64,000 nt of DNA from contig CAYHNG010000003.1 in the NCBI GenBank assembly GCA_964357975.1, positions 393 through 64,392 of the forward strand, written 5' to 3'. This DNA comes from an uncultured Pseudomonadales bacterium. Its GTDB lineage: Bacteria > Patescibacteriota > Microgenomatia > UBA1400 > MFAQ01. Shown here piece after piece: positions 55,515-64,000 of this stretch. The notes under the pieces were generated by a model. The model saw nothing but the letters and a program-made list of their open reading frames with translations. It was not told the origin of the DNA and made no database searches. The position numbers and the translations under genes are program-made. Within the stretch, counting starts at the first letter, position 1. Each line of letters opens with the position of its first letter.

Positions 55515-58500
55515 TTGATACTCACGGAGCCGGCAGGAGAAAGGTTGAAAACCGAAGGAGAGATAAGCGACTGAATGAGAGCACTCTCGGCACGGAACTT
55601 CCCGGCTGAAATCACCCGAGCATAGTAATTGATGGTTTTGTTTTCATCGCCTTTACCGACACAGAAACTTACTCTTTGACCATTTATTTCGTAGGGATAC
55701 CAGATATTGCCGGTATCAAGTCCATAACTATAAACACTGGCGATCGGTTTGAGTCCTGAAGGCAACAGATCCGTAACTTGATAACACCCGTCTTGAGAAA
55801 TGGTGGTGTGAGCTACCGGTAGCGAAATGCGCACCAAGTCGGCAGTGGCAAAATTGTTGGTGGAGGCGCCCCGGACAGAATAAGTTCTACCCAATTTTAC
55901 CGATGGGTCGACAACAGCTGTTTTTGGATCAAGTACCGAAGTATAAGAGGTGCTTAGGCCAATATCCCCATTTAGGTCACTAAAGGTAATCTCCGTCAGT
56001 TCTTTGGGTGAAAGTCCCAGCTTAAAGACCTGACCTTTCTCAAGTTTCTTTAATGTTTTTTTACCATTCAGAGTGTAGGTAAACGAAACCGGCTGTGGCT
56101 GAAGATTATCTATTTGATGAGAAATTGCCAACAATTGAGGTGAAACGAGAAGAAGATCTTTGCTCCTGTTAGACAAAGTGTAGGCGAGTAAGCTGTCCGC
56201 TTCCGGCTCTGCCAAGATGGCAGCGAGGGAGGAGGCAAGTGCAGTGGCATGAAGGTAGCTGTCTTTATCCGCTCCGATCTTCAAATAGGTTAGCGTGTCC
56301 TGCTTGACAGCAAATTCGGCGAGAAGAGTTCGATAGGTAAGGCGAGCTTTTTCGTTGTCTCCAAGTCCGGCCTGAGCAAGCCCCAAATACAGCCGTGATA
56401 ACGGTTCGAGGTGCTTTTCATCCGAAAGATTATTGGTAAGCAGTAAAACAGGTTCGTCTAAACTAGCCAGACCAAAGAGGGAGATTGCAGCAGTTTCCGT
56501 ATCTTTGGCTTGGGCTAATTGGCGATAGAAATAGTTGCCCAATCCGACGGTGTCCACTCTTTCTTTAGCCAAATTTGCAACAAAGGCCGAAAGCTCGATA
56601 TCCGCACCGGAGTAGGGAAAAAGGGCAAAACCGCCATCAGAAGTTTGGAAAGCGGTAAAGTCAAAGGCTTCGGGCTGGACTGAGCTGTCAAAAATTTTAG
56701 CGATAACGGACTGAGAAATATTCCTTGCCAAACGTTGATCTAGCCGATCCCCCCAGGTATAAGCCAAATTGGAGAGCGGAGGGAAGAAGCGACCCAGACT
56801 TTTGTCGGAAAAAATTAAGTCGGTGACGGAGTCGGCAGAACCTTCCGGCTTGGAGTCGGATGATAAGGTGGTATGGGTGGTTTTGACGATTTTAAGACGG
56901 GATCTGAGAACGGTAATCTTTTTAGTAATCTTGTCGGAAAGGATGCCGGAATTGCCTGATAAAACAATGTTGTGTGACCCTTCTTTTAGCTCTCCCAAAT
57001 CTACACCAGCACTTTCAAAAGCCTTCAAATTTAAGCTTTTATCCAGATTTAAAGTTGGCGACTGAATCCGAAGAGTGACCTGATCTCCCGGTGACAAACC
57101 TTCACCATAGGCACGGACGGAGATTTCCGGGCGCTCACCCATCAAATATTCGGTGTTCATAACCACATCAACAAAGAAGGGCTGCTTGACGACCAAGAGA
57201 TTGGAGCTGGCGCCTACTTTGAGGTCTCCAGTAACCCCTTGCGAGGTAATTCTCCAAGAGGTGAGATTGTCGGGAAGTTTGACGTCCAAGCCTGCACGAC
57301 CATCGCTTCCGGTTCGAACACTACCAAAGTAGGCATTGTCTACAAATAGCTCTCGGCCCTTTTCGTTGTGAACATAAAACCCATCAGCAAAGTAGGTGTT
57401 GTATTTTTCGACCGTAAAATTGAAGACAGTATTGATGCCGGAACGAGACTCGAGGGAATAAATTTTTTGATAAATTCCATGCGAGTCGAGGTAATAGTCT
57501 CCGACTTTGACCTCTCCCGCCGTCATGAAACGGCCGTTGATGTAAAGATTGTGTTCGGCGGTAACTCTGAGTCGATTGTTGATTAAATAATAACCTGAGA
57601 CTTGATGCCGGAATACCTGGATAACTTTGGCGCTAACTGATTTGGTTGAAGAGGGACTTTGGAGCGTTTTGATACTATCGCCAACAACGACATCTTCAAT
57701 GTTTTTGGTTTTGCCATTCCCCATGAGGATAGTGGTGCCAGGCAGGAAACAACCACCACCTTCGGCCCCGGAGATGTCAAGAGGATATTGGTGAGATTGA
57801 TACGAAACTAGAATGTCAGCGTCTAATGAAGAATAAATTCTAGTCAAGGGATCGACCGTTACCGGACTCATAGCGTTATACGCTTCGTCAAGAAAGCTAA
57901 TATTAACTTCTGCCGATGCCGGATTACCCTTTTGATCTTTGGAGAGGATGGAGAGTCTCACTGTATCTCCCGGAAGATATGACGACTTATCTTGGGTGAT
58001 ATCAAGAGAAAGTTTTTTACCGGAAGGGTCGAACATTAAATTCAAACTTTCCGAAACTTCATACGTTTGTCCGGTAAACCTAACGGCTCGAACGGAGATG
58101 TTGGGGATAAAGGCTTCGGAGAACCGGAAGTTGATACTTGGATCGTCCGAAATTTGATAGGATCTAATCCCTCGCTGAGCAAAGAGGTAAAGGAATTTGT
58201 CGGAATCGGTGGAGGGCATGGGAGTCTCACCGCGCATGACTTTTAGACTAACCGGTTCATCGACGGCATATCTATCATTACTTCCGGTTTTATCTGTTTT
58301 GAGAAAAACGTAGTTATTGTGGGGATAGCTGTCGGCAGATCCGGAAACATAAACGTCCTGAGTAGTAACACGGTTTTGATCATCTGCGGTACGAAAAATG
58401 ACGTTGTAAGATTTGCCTGCCGAAACCGGGAATTCGTAAACCGCCCGTCCATTGGAGTCTGTAGTGAGGGTGATATCGGCAATTTTGTTTTGGACGCGAT

Positions 58501-60778
58501 CGTATTCGTAACGGGGGGAAGTGACTTTGTTTATAAAGTCATAATAAGTACCGACTTCCCGACGGTTCCACTGATTTTCCATGAGAACTCCGGTGATAGC
58601 TTTGCCGGGTGCCGGAGAAAAAGCGTCAAACGAAGTATAGGGTACAAACTTGGAAGTATCTACCTGCCGCAGATCCAACTCTACCCGGCCTGTTGTCCCT
58701 TTTGATTCAGCTTTGGTTGAATTAAAGGCTAGAGAAGAACTGAAGACCGCCACTGAAACATCAGCTTGAATCTCGCCTTCTTCGGGCAACGATGGACGAA
58801 CGTAATAATAAGTGTATTCGGGTGAGTAGTTGATAAAGTTGGGACTCATAGAAGTAACTTGGTGAAAACCGAACCTCCCCAACGAATCGGTCGTCACCGA
58901 ACCACTTAAATCACGGCCGGCATATTTTAGTTCCATTCCCGGTACCGGCGAACCCTCGAAAAAAGTGGCCTGACCGGAAAGAGTAATTGTTTCTCCGACA
59001 ATGGCGGCTTTTTGAGAGGACTGAAGCGTGAGGCGATAAGCTGGCTTGGTGTAAGTGGCTACCGTAAACGAGGAGCTCATGATGATAGATTCACCAATTT
59101 TGAGAGAAATGCCGTACCAGCCCGGATTGTAACCGGACAAAGGAATTTCGCCGATAAAGGTTCCCAGATCGCTAGTTTCAAAGTCTTTGGTAAAAAGGAC
59201 GATGGGATTAAAATCCCAGCTCGTATAATCCGACCGTGTAACTTCTAAAGTGAACTTTTGTTTTTGATTGAGGTTGTCCCTATCTCTGAGGAGTCCCCAG
59301 AATTTAACTTGGTCAGTGGGAAGATATGACGGCCGATCGGTATAAAAGTAGCTCCAGTATTTATCTGACAGGCGACGGGATTGTTGATATTTGGAATAAT
59401 AGTAATTGTTGTTAATATTTCGGGGAGGGAGAATTAAGGTGCGGCCAGCGTGGCTAACCGTTAACATGGTCTGGTCCTCCAGTTGTGACGCCGGAGTATC
59501 GAAGTAAGCAACTCCTTCCGACCCCGTTTCTTGTTCTTTTCCGGCGATACTTACCTTGGCACCGACAACCGACTTTTTGGACCCGATATCATTGACCCAA
59601 ACCAACGTCTTCGTACCGCTAATACTAAGATATGCAGAAAGATCGGTAATCTGAACCAGGGCCTGCGTAGTAACTCCTCCCGGACCTCCAATGTTCCCCT
59701 GAACCAGATAAAGTCCTTGAGGAAGCTGCTGGGGCAGAAGGAAATAGTTGGTGTATGTTTGGAGCTGAATAGGCGTGTGGAAATCCAGGACCTTGTTGAG
59801 CCCAGCGACCGGTAAACGTTTTGAATGGAGCGAATTGTAGGCCCATGTGGGGATAGAAAGAAGGGTGTTGAAGTCTGAATAAAAACCCTGTATGCCGGGA
59901 TACTGATAAACCTCCACCGATAAATCACCACCACCGGAGGAAGAAGTGTAGATGTCAAACGCAGGTGTTTCGGAAGGTGAAAACTCATAGAAATTTCGAG
60001 CAAACCCGAGTGTGGTGGTGTTGGTTGCCGGCTGGGTTTCGAAACGATACACAAAATTCTCCTTGAGGGTTTCGGACGTGCCTTTCAATTTCAGACCCTT
60101 CTTAAGCCGGATGGTGTAAAGAGTGCTGGGTGCCAGGCTCTTAGGAATGAAGGATACCGTCCGCTTGTGGCGTTCAAAGCGGCCCTCGACAGCGGGAGAA
60201 ATTTCAAAGTTACCCTCTTTAAAACCGATGTATTCCCAGTTGTCATGACTGAAGGTAATCTCGATTCCGGTGTTGAGAGGTACGTAAGTAGCTTGATCTC
60301 GGGGAAGGGTTTGAACAACACGGAAGTCATTTTTGGTTTGAAAAGCCCACGAAAATGTCCGCTGTTCGGAAAGAATCTTGATGCGATACAAACTATTATT
60401 CTTGAGAGGAGTCTTGGGAGAGAGACTAAACTGACGAGGATTGACCTCTCTAATGTCGAAATCAATTTCAGGAAAGAAGGTCACGTTATTTTTTAGTCCG
60501 GCGACGGTGAGATCTTGGTCGGACTTAAGCGTAAAAGTAGAATCCGAAAATGTTCCGAGTGAATCTTGTCGATCTGCAGTAAGTAACAGTCCGGCGTCCG
60601 AACCAAGTTTGAGCTTGGCAGTATGCTGAAGATATTGTGAAGCGAGAATGACTGAGATGAGTAATCCCAACGAGGCAAACAAAATCCCAAACAGTTGCCA
60701 AGGCTTCAAAGAACGTAAAAAAGACTTGATTTTTCCCATCGATGATTTCAGTTTAGTTTCAGTGTTGGGAGATGTCAA
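55511..60778 (-). CDS. alpha-2-macroglobulin-family giant surface protein (no CxEQ thioester seen) with an inserted Hint/bacterial intein-like domain
   Basis: 1755 aa. N-terminal TM. A2M signature RELFVDNAYFGSVRTGSDGRAGLDVKLPDNLTSWRITSQGV. Downstream QTSDGGFALF (TED-like, no thioester). Hint domain as in the next feature. Its start overlaps the upstream M14 gene stop as ATGA. Confidence 0.7.
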   Translation of the reverse strand: MTSPNTETKLKSSMGKIKSFLRSLKPWQLFGILFASLGLLISVILASQYLQHTAKLKLGSDAGLLLTADRQDSLGTFSDSTFTLKSDQDLTVAGLKNNVTFFPEIDFDIREVNPRQFSLSPKTPLKNNSLYRIKILSEQRTFSWAFQTKNDFRVVQTLPRDQATYVPLNTGIEITFSHDNWEYIGFKEGNFEISPAVEGRFERHKRTVSFIPKSLAPSTLYTIRLKKGLKLKGTSETLKENFVYRFETQPATNTTTLGFARNFYEFSPSETPAFDIYTSSSGGGDLSVEVYQYPGIQGFYSDFNTLLSIPTWAYNSLHSKRLPVAGLNKVLDFHTPIQLQTYTNYFLLPQQLPQGLYLVQGNIGGPGGVTTQALVQITDLSAYLSISGTKTLVWVNDIGSKKSVVGAKVSIAGKEQETGSEGVAYFDTPASQLEDQTMLTVSHAGRTLILPPRNINNNYYYSKYQQSRRLSDKYWSYFYTDRPSYLPTDQVKFWGLLRDRDNLNQKQKFTLEVTRSDYTSWDFNPIVLFTKDFETSDLGTFIGEIPLSGYNPGWYGISLKIGESIIMSSSFTVATYTKPAYRLTLQSSQKAAIVGETITLSGQATFFEGSPVPGMELKYAGRDLSGSVTTDSLGRFGFHQVTSMSPNFINYSPEYTYYYVRPSLPEEGEIQADVSVAVFSSSLAFNSTKAESKGTTGRVELDLRQVDTSKFVPYTSFDAFSPAPGKAITGVLMENQWNRREVGTYYDFINKVTSPRYEYDRVQNKIADITLTTDSNGRAVYEFPVSAGKSYNVIFRTADDQNRVTTQDVYVSGSADSYPHNNYVFLKTDKTGSNDRYAVDEPVSLKVMRGETPMPSTDSDKFLYLFAQRGIRSYQISDDPSINFRFSEAFIPNISVRAVRFTGQTYEVSESLNLMFDPSGKKLSLDITQDKSSYLPGDTVRLSILSKDQKGNPASAEVNISFLDEAYNAMSPVTVDPLTRIYSSLDADILVSYQSHQYPLDISGAEGGGCFLPGTTILMGNGKTKNIEDVVVGDSIKTLQSPSSTKSVSAKVIQVFRHQVSGYYLINNRLRVTAEHNLYINGRFMTAGEVKVGDYYLDSHGIYQKIYSLESRSGINTVFNFTVEKYNTYFADGFYVHNEKGRELFVDNAYFGSVRTGSDGRAGLDVKLPDNLTSWRITSQGVTGDLKVGASSNLLVVKQPFFVDVVMNTEYLMGERPEISVRAYGEGLSPGDQVTLRIQSPTLNLDKSLNLKAFESAGVDLGELKEGSHNIVLSGNSGILSDKITKKITVLRSRLKIVKTTHTTLSSDSKPEGSADSVTDLIFSDKSLGRFFPPLSNLAYTWGDRLDQRLARNISQSVIAKIFDSSVQPEAFDFTAFQTSDGGFALFPYSGADIELSAFVANLAKERVDTVGLGNYFYRQLAQAKDTETAAISLFGLASLDEPVLLLTNNLSDEKHLEPLSRLYLGLAQAGLGDNEKARLTYRTLLAEFAVKQDTLTYLKIGADKDSYLHATALASSLAAILAEPEADSLLAYTLSNRSKDLLLVSPQLLAISHQIDNLQPQPVSFTYTLNGKKTLKKLEKGQVFKLGLSPKELTEITFSDLNGDIGLSTSYTSVLDPKTAVVDPSVKLGRTYSVRGASTNNFATADLVRISLPVAHTTISQDGCYQVTDLLPSGLKPIASVYSYGLDTGNIWYPYEINGQRVSFCVGKGDENKTINYYARVISAGKFRAESALIQSLISPSVFNLSPAGSVSIK
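57366..57751 (-). other. Hint (intein/BIL-like) domain within the A2M-like protein: CFLPGTTILMGNGK...VTAEHNLY...YFADGFYVHN, followed by Glu
   Basis: Block A (Cys1...GD..V), block B (TAEH) and C-terminal VHN are present. The +1 residue is E, not C/S/T. About 129 aa. Cys codon at 57751-57749, terminal Asn at 57368-57366. Confidence 0.75.
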
Positions 60779-61701
60779 TGAATACTATGCGAAGAAATTT
60801 CCCAAAGTTCAGCCAAATGTGCCACAATACTCTCTTGAGCACGAATACGATCGGCTAGTATTCCCTTACCCGGTGTCTCCGTCACAATTGAAGTTGTCGC
60901 AAATGGTTTGGGCACAATCTTCCTTTCTATATCAAAATATGTTTCGTTCGAAATAAACTCATCTACAGATCCGTCTTTCACACGGTTTCCATGTGTATCG
61001 GTCACGATTCCATTGGTAATTTTTTCTCCTGCAAACCTAGTCTCTCCTGACATTTTCAGCGGAACACCCGACTTCACAAATAATTCCACCACTTTAGCGG
61101 CGACAGGATCCCTCTTCTCTAGCGTTCCCTGAGAATATACATACCCTTCTTCTAGCTGTTCGTCCTCGTGTAAATCAAAGTACAGCAATGGTGGAAATTT
61201 ATTTAGTAGACCCAAAAAATGTTTGGTGACAGTGTCAGCTACCCCATGAATAGGTGACCTCAATATAGGTTGCTTTGGATTCTCGATGCGAGATATTAAG
61301 TGCCTGCTATCAGTGACATTCAGCCTCTCGATACTTCTTTCTACGTGGTGAAATCTCCAATTCCGGTAGTATCCTGCCGGATTAAGAAGAGGCATGATAA
61401 CCATAGGGACTGTGCTACCCAGTTTACCAAGGTAGTCAATCTGTTGGGCCACGGCGTTTGGACCTGCCGGTTCTTCCCCGTGGATGCCCGTAATAAGCCA
61501 TAGTGACTCTCCCTGCTTAGGTGATAAGAAACAATAAACAGGTACATTTATTTCGCCATTGTTCCCCTGTATTTTGATGCTATATATAAGCTCTTTGCTC
61601 CACCCATATTTTGACTCCAGATCTATAGACCTGTGATACAGATCGTAGAGAGACATCCTGCCATCTGCGTAAGTGGGGATCTCTTTTAACTGTTCCAGCA
61701 T
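60775..61701 (-). CDS. M14-like zinc carboxypeptidase (succinylglutamate desuccinylase/aspartoacylase, AstE-AspA family)
   Basis: LWLITGIHGEEPAG zinc-binding HxxE motif. The start was trimmed to MLEQLKEI (ATG at 61701), because the track ORF runs to 61926 and would overlap the divergent gene at 61732. Confidence 0.55.
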   Translation of the reverse strand: MLEQLKEIPTYADGRMSLYDLYHRSIDLESKYGWSKELIYSIKIQGNNGEINVPVYCFLSPKQGESLWLITGIHGEEPAGPNAVAQQIDYLGKLGSTVPMVIMPLLNPAGYYRNWRFHHVERSIERLNVTDSRHLISRIENPKQPILRSPIHGVADTVTKHFLGLLNKFPPLLYFDLHEDEQLEEGYVYSQGTLEKRDPVAAKVVELFVKSGVPLKMSGETRFAGEKITNGIVTDTHGNRVKDGSVDEFISNETYFDIERKIVPKPFATTSIVTETPGKGILADRIRAQESIVAHLAELWEISSHSIH

Positions 61702-61731
61702 GGCAACTATTGTATCTGATAGAATACCCCT

Positions 61732-62769
61732 ATGAAAGAAGTTCCGTTCTTTTCTGTATCCGGTAGTCACTATGAATGCGGAAGGCAGTTGGGCACAAAT
61801 TTCAAAGCCCAGATCTACAAATACCTCGATCTTTGTAAAAACGAACCTCCACCCAACCTCACCTGGCAAGAGTGTGTTAATCACGCCGATAGATTTGTTG
61901 AGATTACCAAGCAATGCTTTCCGCAAATAATTGAGGAAATCCAGGGCACCGCCGCAGGGTCAGGCATAGAATTTATAGAATTATTTGCTCTTACGATTGA
62001 AGAGCTGTATTCCGAAAGCTATTCGCTCAAAGGCTGCACCGATATTGTTCTGCTTCCGCCAGCCAGTGAACACACGATTGTCATTCACAATAATGATCTT
62101 CCGGGAAGTTTTTATGATGTTCTTACTCAAGTTGAATGGAATTTCGACGACGGCACTCAAATGTTTACTGTAGGTTTGGGCGGTTTTATGGTTAGTGTCG
62201 GAGTAAACAACTCGAGATTGGTTTTGTCCGGAAATGCTTTGACCCCTACGGACGTTCGCGTTGGCATACCTCGCGCTCTAATTGCTCGGGCTATTTTACT
62301 GGCTAAGACTTTTGACGAAGCTATTGAAATTGCCAATCACCCAAACCGGGCCTCTTCCTACAACAATATTATTACCGTCCCCAACAAATCAGTCAGCGTT
62401 GAAGGATCAGCGACGAGTTCTGACAACATATTGCCCAAAAACGGTGTTCTCACTCATAGCAACCACTACTGCTCCAAAAAAATGCTCCCTTTTGAAGGCC
62501 ATCCGAACTACACGAGCTCCATCGAGAGATTCAATGCAGCCAATAGGATTACCGGGACGGCGAATGAGCCGGTCGACCTAAAAACAGCCGAATTGTGGCT
62601 TGCCGATCATAGCCCAAATGACGTGGGTGATGACAATACTCTTTGTCGGCACGGAAAGACATCCGAAACCACTTTTGGCTTTGCAGTAGATTTGAATACA
62701 GGAATTGTAGAAGTGGCTTCCGGCCATCCATGCCAAAACTCTTTCAAAAAAGTCTGGGAAATAAAATGA
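61732..62769 (+). CDS. C45-family Ntn-hydrolase (acyl-CoA:6-aminopenicillanic-acid acyltransferase-like peptidase)
   Basis: 345 aa. N-terminal SGSHYECGRQLG, with a putative autoproteolytic nucleophile in KGCTDIVL. Confidence 0.6.
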   Translation: MKEVPFFSVSGSHYECGRQLGTNFKAQIYKYLDLCKNEPPPNLTWQECVNHADRFVEITKQCFPQIIEEIQGTAAGSGIEFIELFALTIEELYSESYSLKGCTDIVLLPPASEHTIVIHNNDLPGSFYDVLTQVEWNFDDGTQMFTVGLGGFMVSVGVNNSRLVLSGNALTPTDVRVGIPRALIARAILLAKTFDEAIEIANHPNRASSYNNIITVPNKSVSVEGSATSSDNILPKNGVLTHSNHYCSKKMLPFEGHPNYTSSIERFNAANRITGTANEPVDLKTAELWLADHSPNDVGDDNTLCRHGKTSETTFGFAVDLNTGIVEVASGHPCQNSFKKVWEIK

Positions 62770-62773
62770 AATC

Positions 62774-63355
62774 TTATCCGACACTGAGGTGATGAGACAT
62801 CGCGGTGGCAACGTATTGAAGACGGTGATGCAAACAGCTTCCTCTAGTTCTGAGGACATCAAGATGATGTTTTGAACTGTAGCAGGAGTTCTTGTCCCAG
62901 CCATAGTGGGGAAAGTCTTGGTGGAGGCTAATCATAAGTCGGTCCCGGTAAACCTTGGCGATAATGCTCGCCAGCATCACCTGGTAGCATTTATCGTCTC
63001 CTTTGATGAGAGTTCTCACCGCAGGATTGGCGAACTTCAGATTTCCGTCAACAATATAGATCGTGGCCTTGACCCGCGCCATAAGCCTTTCAAAGACCTG
63101 TCGGTTGGCCCAACCAATGCCAAACTCATTGATTTCTGAAACCGACACCTCTTCAATTTGGTACACAATGGGAAGTTTGGGTAATACGGAAACGATTTTG
63201 TTTCGTTGAGTTTCGGTTAGTTTTTTACTATCGCGGAGCGGAACCGGGAGGAGAGATGGGAAAGAAGCCAGATCGGTATTAATAATGACGGCGGCGGCCA
63301 CAAGAGGGCCGGCAAAGGCACCCCGTCCGCATTCGTCTAGGCCGCAAATTTTCAT
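62774..63355 (-). CDS. rnhB: ribonuclease HII
   Basis: 193 aa. N-terminal GLDECGRGAFAGPLVAAAVII with catalytic DE(C)GRG. Confidence 0.85.
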   Translation of the reverse strand: MKICGLDECGRGAFAGPLVAAAVIINTDLASFPSLLPVPLRDSKKLTETQRNKIVSVLPKLPIVYQIEEVSVSEINEFGIGWANRQVFERLMARVKATIYIVDGNLKFANPAVRTLIKGDDKCYQVMLASIIAKVYRDRLMISLHQDFPHYGWDKNSCYSSKHHLDVLRTRGSCLHHRLQYVATAMSHHLSVG

Positions 63356-63401
63356 GAGGATATTTTATATTAAAAGCCCCTCTTTCGAAGGGCCTAACAG
63401 A

Positions 63402-63812
63402 TTATTGAACTAATTCAGCTATGGTATGAACAGTTTTGGAGAGATGGATTGATTTGTGGGCAGGAAGATTGAGCTGGTGATTATCAGTATTTCGCAGAAA
63501 GATGTCTATCAGCCAGGCAATTTGTCTTGCGTCTTGAAGAAAATCTGCGACAAAAAATGGTTGCATTCCGCCTCGAACATATTCGAATTTTACATCTACT
63601 TCAACCGGCTTAGTTGGAAGGTAGAGTTTCGAATCTGGAAAAAACTCAAACTCAGTAGCCTCTGAGAAAATTGCCCTGACCCGGGCGTCTAGTTTTTCCG
63701 GATAAATTTTTCTGTTGTATAAATTGCGAACTTCGTCCATAAGATGACGAAGACTCATCGGTTCCGGTTTAAAGCCAGAGTTTACATTTCTAACTTGAAT
63801 GATAATGTTCAA
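63402..63812 (-). CDS. hypothetical protein
   Basis: 136 aa. No recognised motif. Confidence 0.4.
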   Translation of the reverse strand: MNIIIQVRNVNSGFKPEPMSLRHLMDEVRNLYNRKIYPEKLDARVRAIFSEATEFEFFPDSKLYLPTKPVEVDVKFEYVRGGMQPFFVADFLQDARQIAWLIDIFLRNTDNHQLNLPAHKSIHLSKTVHTIAELVQ

Positions 63813-63889
63813 AACAACCTCCTTCGGGTGGGTTATGGGGTATTATAACATGTACGATCCGCGAATACTCATATGGATATAATGAATTA

Positions 63890-64000
63890 ATGGCTGATCA
63901 CACATCATCGGAAAAATTTAATCTGGAAGAGGTGGGGAGGTACTTCGAGAATAAAGGGTATAAAGTGCAAAAACTGGAACAGTTATGGCGACACGTGACC
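63890..64000 (+). CDS. hypothetical protein, 5' fragment; runs off the window end
   Basis: ATG at 63890, reading MADHTSSEKFNLEEVGRYFENKGYKVQKLEQLWRHVT with no stop before the edge. Confidence 0.3.
   Translation, partial: MADHTSSEKFNLEEVGRYFENKGYKVQKLEQLWRHVT

Noticed and set aside
57366-57751. A true protein-splicing mini-intein in the A2M-like gene
   Set aside because: The residue following the terminal Asn is Glu, not the required Cys/Ser/Thr nucleophile. It is therefore called a Hint/BIL-type, cleavage-competent domain rather than a splicing intein.
1-64000. CRISPR arrays, rRNA genes and transposases
   Set aside because: No regularly spaced short repeats were seen. The three dispersed repeats are single-copy at each locus and are not spaced like spacer-repeat units. 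No rRNA-like conserved stretches or DDE/serine/tyrosine recombinase motifs were found.

Overview
This 64-kb window looks like a segment of a small-genome, low-GC bacterium. Gene content and very weak Shine-Dalgarno usage suggest a Patescibacteria/CPR-like lineage; that inference is from gene content only. Most genes are housekeeping and lie on the minus strand: recA-recX, RNase Y, HU, miaA plus a MiaB-like methylthiotransferase, secD-secF, gltX, a Rel/SpoT homolog, the CCA-adding enzyme, RNase HII, a split transketolase, glycerate kinase, NMNAT and adenylate kinase. RNA genes are RNase P RNA at about 37756-38059 (+) and a tRNA-Pro(GGG) at 49267-49340 (+).

The strongest candidate for a novel system is a tightly coupled minus-strand operon at 521-6392. 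It encodes a B12-binding radical SAM enzyme, a CoaE-like P-loop kinase, a radical SAM/SPASM-like enzyme fused to a Rossmann-like C-terminal domain, a class I SAM methyltransferase and a RimK-like ATP-grasp ligase. The only gap in the operon holds a promoter-equipped, leaderless 59-aa ORF that the ORF track missed; it is Thr/Pro/Gly/Glu-rich, has an ETPTGG motif at both ends, and is a candidate precursor or substrate peptide.

Other findings worth a second look:
- A 5.3-kb alpha-2-macroglobulin-like gene carries a Hint (bacterial intein-like) domain inserted where the bait region normally sits. The residue after the Hint domain is Glu, so it should cleave rather than splice. The gene is coupled to an M14 peptidase and a Memo-like/CapA fusion.
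- A three-copy dispersed repeat of about 110-130 nt (6686-6813, 36971-37076, 49377-49482) carries conserved boxes plus ATAAC-N3-GTTAT-type palindromes. One copy sits between an intact tRNA-Pro and a 3'-truncated tRNA-Pro-like fragment.
- Two 33-nt direct repeats flank a DUF4097/zinc-ribbon gene immediately downstream of RNase P RNA, inside a stretch containing several visibly GC-richer hypothetical genes.
- An Erm-like 244-aa rRNA adenine methyltransferase has a near-consensus promoter and a 22-codon leader ORF and hairpin overlapping its GTG start.
- TspO, a DUF2177-like membrane protein and a DUF1295 methyltransferase-like protein form a translationally coupled operon.

No CRISPR array, rRNA or transposase was recognised.
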